Source: Candidatus Bathyarchaeota archaeon
GTDB lineage: Archaea > Thermoproteota > Bathyarchaeia > Bathyarchaeales > Bathycorpusculaceae
Length of the DNA: 64,000 nucleotides
Direction: 5' to 3'
Assembly (NCBI GenBank): GCA_963767735.1
Contig: CAVYES010000005.1
Location: 96,001-160,000 of the forward strand
In this document: one piece after another, positions 59,495 to 64,000 of the stretch
How the letters are laid out: each line of letters starts with the position of its first letter
Position numbering within the stretch: the stretch's first letter is position 1
Position numbers and translations under genes: made by a program
Notes under the pieces: generated by a model
What the model saw: only the letters and a program-made list of their open reading frames with translations
What the model was told of the DNA's origin: nothing
The model's database searches: none

Positions 59495-59965
59495 TTGCTG
59501 CCATTTTTGTTCTGTTTGTTTTGGGTTGGTTTTTTAATTTGGGCTTGGTTTTGTTTGCAGGTTGTGTGCTTTTTTGTGCTGATTTGTGTTGAATTGTGCG
59601 GATTTGTGTGGAATTGTGTTGATTATCGAAGAGGTGTTCTGAGTGGTTTAGCGGCTAATTTTGAACAAGCCGTTCTAAGTTGCTTTTTTGGTTAAGAACT
59701 CGATTCGTTTGCTGGTTGAGTAAAGAAAAGTAACAGAAAGTAACTAAAAGTAAGGAAAAGTAAAGGAAAGTAACGAAAGTTTGCTAGTCAGATTTTCTTA
59801 AGGAGTGCGGATTTTCAAGTGTTTAGTTCTTTTCTAATTTTTGATCTTTGTGTTTTGGGTTGTTTTTTTGGAACAAGCTTTAAATCAACGCTAGGCTACG
59901 GTTAAAAACGGTTAGTAATGGTTAAGTATGGTTGAAAACGGTTGATTTTGGTTGGAAAAGGTTTA
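59495..59965 (+). repeat. Three tandem leader + 10-bp phased array modules (A TGTG x6, B AGTAA x6, C GGTT x7)
   Basis: Arrays at 59561-59620, 59719-59778 and 59897-59965, each after a related T-rich leader. Confidence 0.8.
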
Positions 59966-60127
59966 TGCCACTAACACGTTCAGTAAGGTGTCGGTTTTTC
60001 GCGGCGGCTGCGGCGCGATTTTATCTTTCCCGTTTGCCCGCTATCCAATCCTCTGTCCCTTCCAAGCCTGCAGCTCGAAGGTTGAAGACACATGGTTCCA
60101 GCAGCTCCTGCTTGGAAGTTTCTTGAG

Positions 60128-62323
60128 CTAAGAGGGCAAAAAAGGGGAAGTTTTTCGATGTTTCAGTATCGCGGCAGCAACGGCTAGCAAAGAGACAAGC
60201 AGCAGCACAATTGCTGGCATGGCGAATTCTGGGACGGCAGGAGCCGGAGTCGAAGTTGGAGTAGCTGTTGCTGTTGGGGAGGTTGAAGAAGTCGGTGAGG
60301 ATGTAGGCGTCGGTGTCGGTGAAGTGCTGGGGCTTGTTGATGCGGGTGAGGAAGGTGTTGGAGACGGGGCGGGAGACGGCGAAGATGAGGGTGATGTAGA
60401 AGGTGACGGTGATTGAGAGGGCGACGGAGAGGACGTCGGACTTGGGTTCGGCGAGGGTAAGCTAAGGTTTGGGACAGCTTGGGAGTTTGCTGAGTTAAGG
60501 ATTGGGATGAAGGTTACGTTGCCCAAGTTAAAGTTGTTCTTGTAGTCATAGATTGTCTGGCTTATTGCGTTAGTGTCAGTTGTTCCCCACCAGTTGTAGG
60601 TGGCGTTGATGTTGACTGCTGTGCCCAACTCTAAGACTACACTTTGACCGTTAGATTGGATGTCATTGTAGTTGATGGTGGTTGCGGTTGAGGTGACGTT
60701 CAGGTCCACTCCTACATAGTTGTAGATTATGGTGTTGTTGAGAACAATGCCTGTGCAGTTTGAAACTGCGATTCCATAGCTGCAGTTGGCAACGATGTTT
60801 CTCTCGATTGTTCCACCGCTAAGAATGTTGATACCTATCCCGCCGCCGCTAACTGTCTCGTTGACGCCATTTCCTGTCCCGTCATAGGTGCCTGTCACAT
60901 AATTGTCTAGTATGTAGCCGTTGCCTTGGGTCGCGGTTATTCCTTGGGCAGCGTTCCCCCGTACAATCCATGAGGGCGCATTTACCGAGATGCTTTCAGT
61001 TACAGCGTTACCTGAGATAGTGAGGCTGCCTCCATTGTAGCTGGTAATTGAACCATAGATAGTGTTGTTTGATACTGTGGTGACTGATCCATTGATGTCC
61101 CCTGCTATGGTGTTGTTTGAGATTAAGGCGTAGCCGCCGTTGATCGCTAGTCCCGAATTGCCGAGAATAGTGTTGTTGGTTATGGTGGCTGCGCCGCTGC
61201 CGGAGGTTAAGTCGATTGCTGGAACGATGCTGGTAGATTCGCTGAAAATGAAGGCACTCGTGTATGTTCCTCCTCCTGTAATTGTGTTGCCGGAGATGGT
61301 TGGTGACCCTGTAGTTGTGATTGCTGGGGTGTTTTCTGTGTAGTCTGCCCAGCCGCCGAACACTCTGAAGGAACCTATGTAGGTGCCGCTTACTATGACG
61401 TTGTTGGCTACTGTCTGTGTAGCTTCGACGGTGCCGTTGGTTATGTTGTTGTTTGAGACCACGTTTCCAGTGATATCGACGTTGGGGAAATCAGGTTGGG
61501 TGTAACCATTCAAATCTGTAAAGGTGCTGGCTACGCTGGATATTGTGTTGCCCGTTATTGAGCCGCCAGTAACCTGCCCCCCTTGGATGTTGTTGTTTGA
61601 GATTACAGATGTGCTGCCAGAACAAACGATTCCGCCTACAACCGTGTTGCTTAGGATGCTGCATCCATCGCCCGCGGTAATTCCAGCTTCGATGTTGTTG
61701 TTTGTTATGGTGCAGCTGTCGCCCACGGTGACGCTGCTGTTGACTTGGTTGTTTATGAGCGTGCAGAAGTTTCCAGCGGTGACGGCTGGGGATATGTTGC
61801 TGTTTGAAATTACGGAGCTGTCGCCAAACTGCACGCTGCCTGACAACACGTCATTGTCCAGCTTTATGGCTACGCTTGCAGATATGGAGGTCAAGTTGAG
61901 GTTCGCGTATTGAACGATGCAGCCGGTGCCTGTCTGGTCGTTCCATCCAACACTTACTGGAGTGAAAATGAGTTGTCCACCATTGAATTGAATCATGTTG
62001 TTGCTGGAGCCTACAGCGGTCAAGGTGCCGTTGACTTGCAAGTAAGTGCTGGTCGAGGTGCTGTTGCCCTGAGAGTTAGCGTTGTCCATGTTGATTACGG
62101 TTCCGGGCTCAATTGTTAGTGTTACACCCTGATTTACCGCTACAGGACCAGTGAAGTAGTAAGGACTACCCACCTGCGTCCACACCGTATCTACAAACAG
62201 AATGCCGTTCTCGGGCGTGCCCTCTTGAGCCCTCGCTGATGGCGCAATACCAATCAAAATCAGGCTTGAAAAAGTGATTACTAAAATAAAAAACAACGCC
62301 AAAAATCTACTAATGTTAGCCAT
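60128..62323 (-). CDS. Right-handed beta-helix surface protein with Pro/Ser/Thr linker and PEF-CTERM-like anchor
   Basis: Signal peptide, WT..GSPY..TLTIEPG, ISNN repeats, NATYNWWG, AVPEF+TM+basic tail. Confidence 0.88.
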   Translation of the reverse strand: MANISRFLALFFILVITFSSLILIGIAPSARAQEGTPENGILFVDTVWTQVGSPYYFTGPVAVNQGVTLTIEPGTVINMDNANSQGNSTSTSTYLQVNGTLTAVGSSNNMIQFNGGQLIFTPVSVGWNDQTGTGCIVQYANLNLTSISASVAIKLDNDVLSGSVQFGDSSVISNSNISPAVTAGNFCTLINNQVNSSVTVGDSCTITNNNIEAGITAGDGCSILSNTVVGGIVCSGSTSVISNNNIQGGQVTGGSITGNTISSVASTFTDLNGYTQPDFPNVDITGNVVSNNNITNGTVEATQTVANNVIVSGTYIGSFRVFGGWADYTENTPAITTTGSPTISGNTITGGGTYTSAFIFSESTSIVPAIDLTSGSGAATITNNTILGNSGLAINGGYALISNNTIAGDINGSVTTVSNNTIYGSITSYNGGSLTISGNAVTESISVNAPSWIVRGNAAQGITATQGNGYILDNYVTGTYDGTGNGVNETVSGGGIGINILSGGTIERNIVANCSYGIAVSNCTGIVLNNTIIYNYVGVDLNVTSTATTINYNDIQSNGQSVVLELGTAVNINATYNWWGTTDTNAISQTIYDYKNNFNLGNVTFIPILNSANSQAVPNLSLPSPNPSPTSSPSPSQSPSPSTSPSSSPSPAPSPTPSSPASTSPSTSPTPTPTSSPTSSTSPTATATPTSTPAPAVPEFAMPAIVLLLVSLLAVAAAILKHRKTSPFLPS

Positions 62324-62536
62324 ACTCTCAGAGTAATATGCTTAGCGATAAAAGGCTATTTGTAAATTTTTCTTGGCATCCTCAAGTCAAAGTTTCTTTA
62401 CTAACAAAAGATGGGAGAAAGATTTTATTCAGCCGAAAGATTACAGCTGGTGCTAATTGAGCCTCCATTTAACATAGCTCGTTAGTTTTTTCTGTATTGG
62501 GATTGAGCGTTGGTGGCTATTTTGTTTTTGCTGGGT

Positions 62537-63622
62537 TTAGCGTTCACGTTTCCCCGCTATCCAGTCCTCTGTCCACTGCCTTGCCTCAGGATCAGGCACC
62601 TGCACGGGCGGATGCTTAAACGCGTAAGAGGGCATGCTAATGAGGGTGCCCGAGATTTTGCGGTCAAGTGCGATTTTGGCTGCGCGTATGAGGTCGATGA
62701 CGACGCCTGCACTGTTCGGAGAATCTTCAACTTCGAGTTTTGCACTAATGTTTATTGGGCGGTCGCCGAACGCGCGGGTTTTGATTGATAGATAACATAT
62801 TTTCTTGTTTTTTAGGAAAGGCACATAGTCTGATGGCCCGATTCTGGTAGGCAACGGGTAGGGCACTAGGCTGGTGACGGCTTCGGTTTTACTGATGCGT
62901 TTGCTGGTGAGGCGGTTCTCCACGGTCATGTTTTGGAAGTCTGTGTCTCCGCCAAGGTTTAATTGATAAGTTTCATCCACAATGGCGCCGCGGTCCAGGC
63001 AGAGGCGCACTAGGGTTCGGTGCAGAATGGTGGCGCCGACCTGGCTTTTAATGTCGTCGCCAAGCACGGGCAAGCCAGCCGCCTCGAATTTCTTGGGCCA
63101 CTCGCCAGATTTGTCTGAGCCAATGAATTCAGGCATACAGTTCACCAGGGCGCATCCCGCATCGATAGCGCACTGCGCATAGAATCGGACGGCGTCGTGG
63201 CTGCCCACTGGCAAGTAATTCACGAGAACCTGTACCTTGGCGTCTTTGAGGATTTTAACGATGCTTTCCTTCGTGGTTTTGCTATCGTCGTAAACGTTAA
63301 AAGTCTCCCTCATATGCGGCGCCGCTCCGTCAAGGATGATTCCAGGCGAAACCTTCACGCCCAGGTTTGGGACGTCGCTGAATTTTTCGCAGACGTTTGG
63401 TTTAACCCAGATGGCTTCGGAGAGGTCTTTGCCGATTTTGTCTTTGTTAACTTCAAAAGCCGCCACAAAATGGATATCCCGTATGTGGTAGCCGCCATAA
63501 TTCACGTGCATCAAACCCGGCACGGTGGTATCTTCCTTCGCATCTTTATAGTATTGAGTTCCCTGAACCAGGGCACAAGCGCTGTTGCCAACGCCGACTA
63601 ACGCTACACGAATCTCGGCCAT
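62537..63622 (-). CDS. ino1: Myo-inositol-1-phosphate synthase
   Basis: GVGNSA, NYLPVGS, GDDIKSQVGAT, SKRISKT, EDSPNSAG, FKHPP. Confidence 0.95.
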   Translation of the reverse strand: MAEIRVALVGVGNSACALVQGTQYYKDAKEDTTVPGLMHVNYGGYHIRDIHFVAAFEVNKDKIGKDLSEAIWVKPNVCEKFSDVPNLGVKVSPGIILDGAAPHMRETFNVYDDSKTTKESIVKILKDAKVQVLVNYLPVGSHDAVRFYAQCAIDAGCALVNCMPEFIGSDKSGEWPKKFEAAGLPVLGDDIKSQVGATILHRTLVRLCLDRGAIVDETYQLNLGGDTDFQNMTVENRLTSKRISKTEAVTSLVPYPLPTRIGPSDYVPFLKNKKICYLSIKTRAFGDRPINISAKLEVEDSPNSAGVVIDLIRAAKIALDRKISGTLISMPSYAFKHPPVQVPDPEARQWTEDWIAGKRER

Positions 63623-63834
63623 CGAACATTAACCATCCAAGATTAAGTTAAGTTAGTTTAGGCTTAATGTCCACCTACGCTATAACTTTTTCCCAAGCCC
63701 GATACTGTTAAGTTATTTGACCCAACATCCTAAAGCCTTGAAGCCGTTAACTATTTTTTAAGAATTTAACTCTACAGAAGGTTCTCAGTGCAAACAATTA
63801 TATTTTAACCGAGTAACATAAGATGGGCGCAATA

Positions 63835-64000
63835 ATGACAGAAAAAGAGGTTCTGCAACACATCCCATTGGATAACATAGTCATTAGCAAAAGAAATGCA
63901 AGAAGAACTCTTGATGTATTTAGCGGATTAGACGAGTTAGCACAGAGTATTAAAGAAATCGGAGTTCAGCAACCCGTTGTTGTTTTTCCGATAGTAGGTC
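63835..64000 (+). CDS. ParB/RepB/Spo0J N-terminal domain (partial, runs off the window)
   Basis: IPLDNI..NARR..LDELAQSIKEIGVQQPVVV. Confidence 0.8.
   Translation, partial: MTEKEVLQHIPLDNIVISKRNARRTLDVFSGLDELAQSIKEIGVQQPVVVFPIVG

Noticed and set aside
59495-59965. CRISPR or simple microsatellite reading of the phased arrays
   Set aside because: Units are 10 bp with only a 4-5-bp conserved core, and the longer leaders are too degenerate for CRISPR repeats.
60230-60465. Tandem DNA repeat
   Set aside because: It encodes the ordinary Pro/Ser/Thr linker of the surface protein.
233-63601. Numerous antisense or nested ORFs in the track (e.g. 4365, 10476, 33378, 47819, 58008, 63197)
   Set aside because: They are shadow ORFs overlapping well-supported genes and have no motifs of their own.

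Overview
Archaeal chromosome segment, most likely Bathyarchaeia (inferred from the RadA sequence, PEF-CTERM-like surface proteins, archaeal TATA/RBS signals and frequent TTG starts). Roughly the first 53 kb is accessory DNA. It holds paralogous ABC-exporter loci with PadR and BlaI/BlaR1-type regulators whose operators are readable in the sequence, and three tRNA-Ala 3'-end (att) copies. It also holds an MntA-HepT toxin-antitoxin pair and a ~6.4 kb integrated rolling-circle element with an SSV1-type split integrase whose promoter+IntN unit is triplicated. An ~10.6 kb intact siphovirus-like neck/tail operon has a programmed -1 frameshift but no capsid, portal or terminase here. A second integrase region has an acidic-extended RadA and a divergent RHH pair, followed by stress genes and an IS110 next to tRNA-Val(TAC). 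The right end is housekeeping (ferritin-like protein, glgP, CoA-disulfide reductase/NADH oxidase, gcvH, ino1, partial ParB-like gene). The best candidates for undescribed systems are (i) the headless but intact tail cluster, (ii) four non-coding modules made of a conserved ~70-bp leader plus 6-7 boxes phased at exactly 10 bp with a module-specific core, and (iii) an ATPase-wHTH gene bracketed by mirror-image promoter/operator repeats. All family assignments come from motif recognition by eye; no database searches were run.
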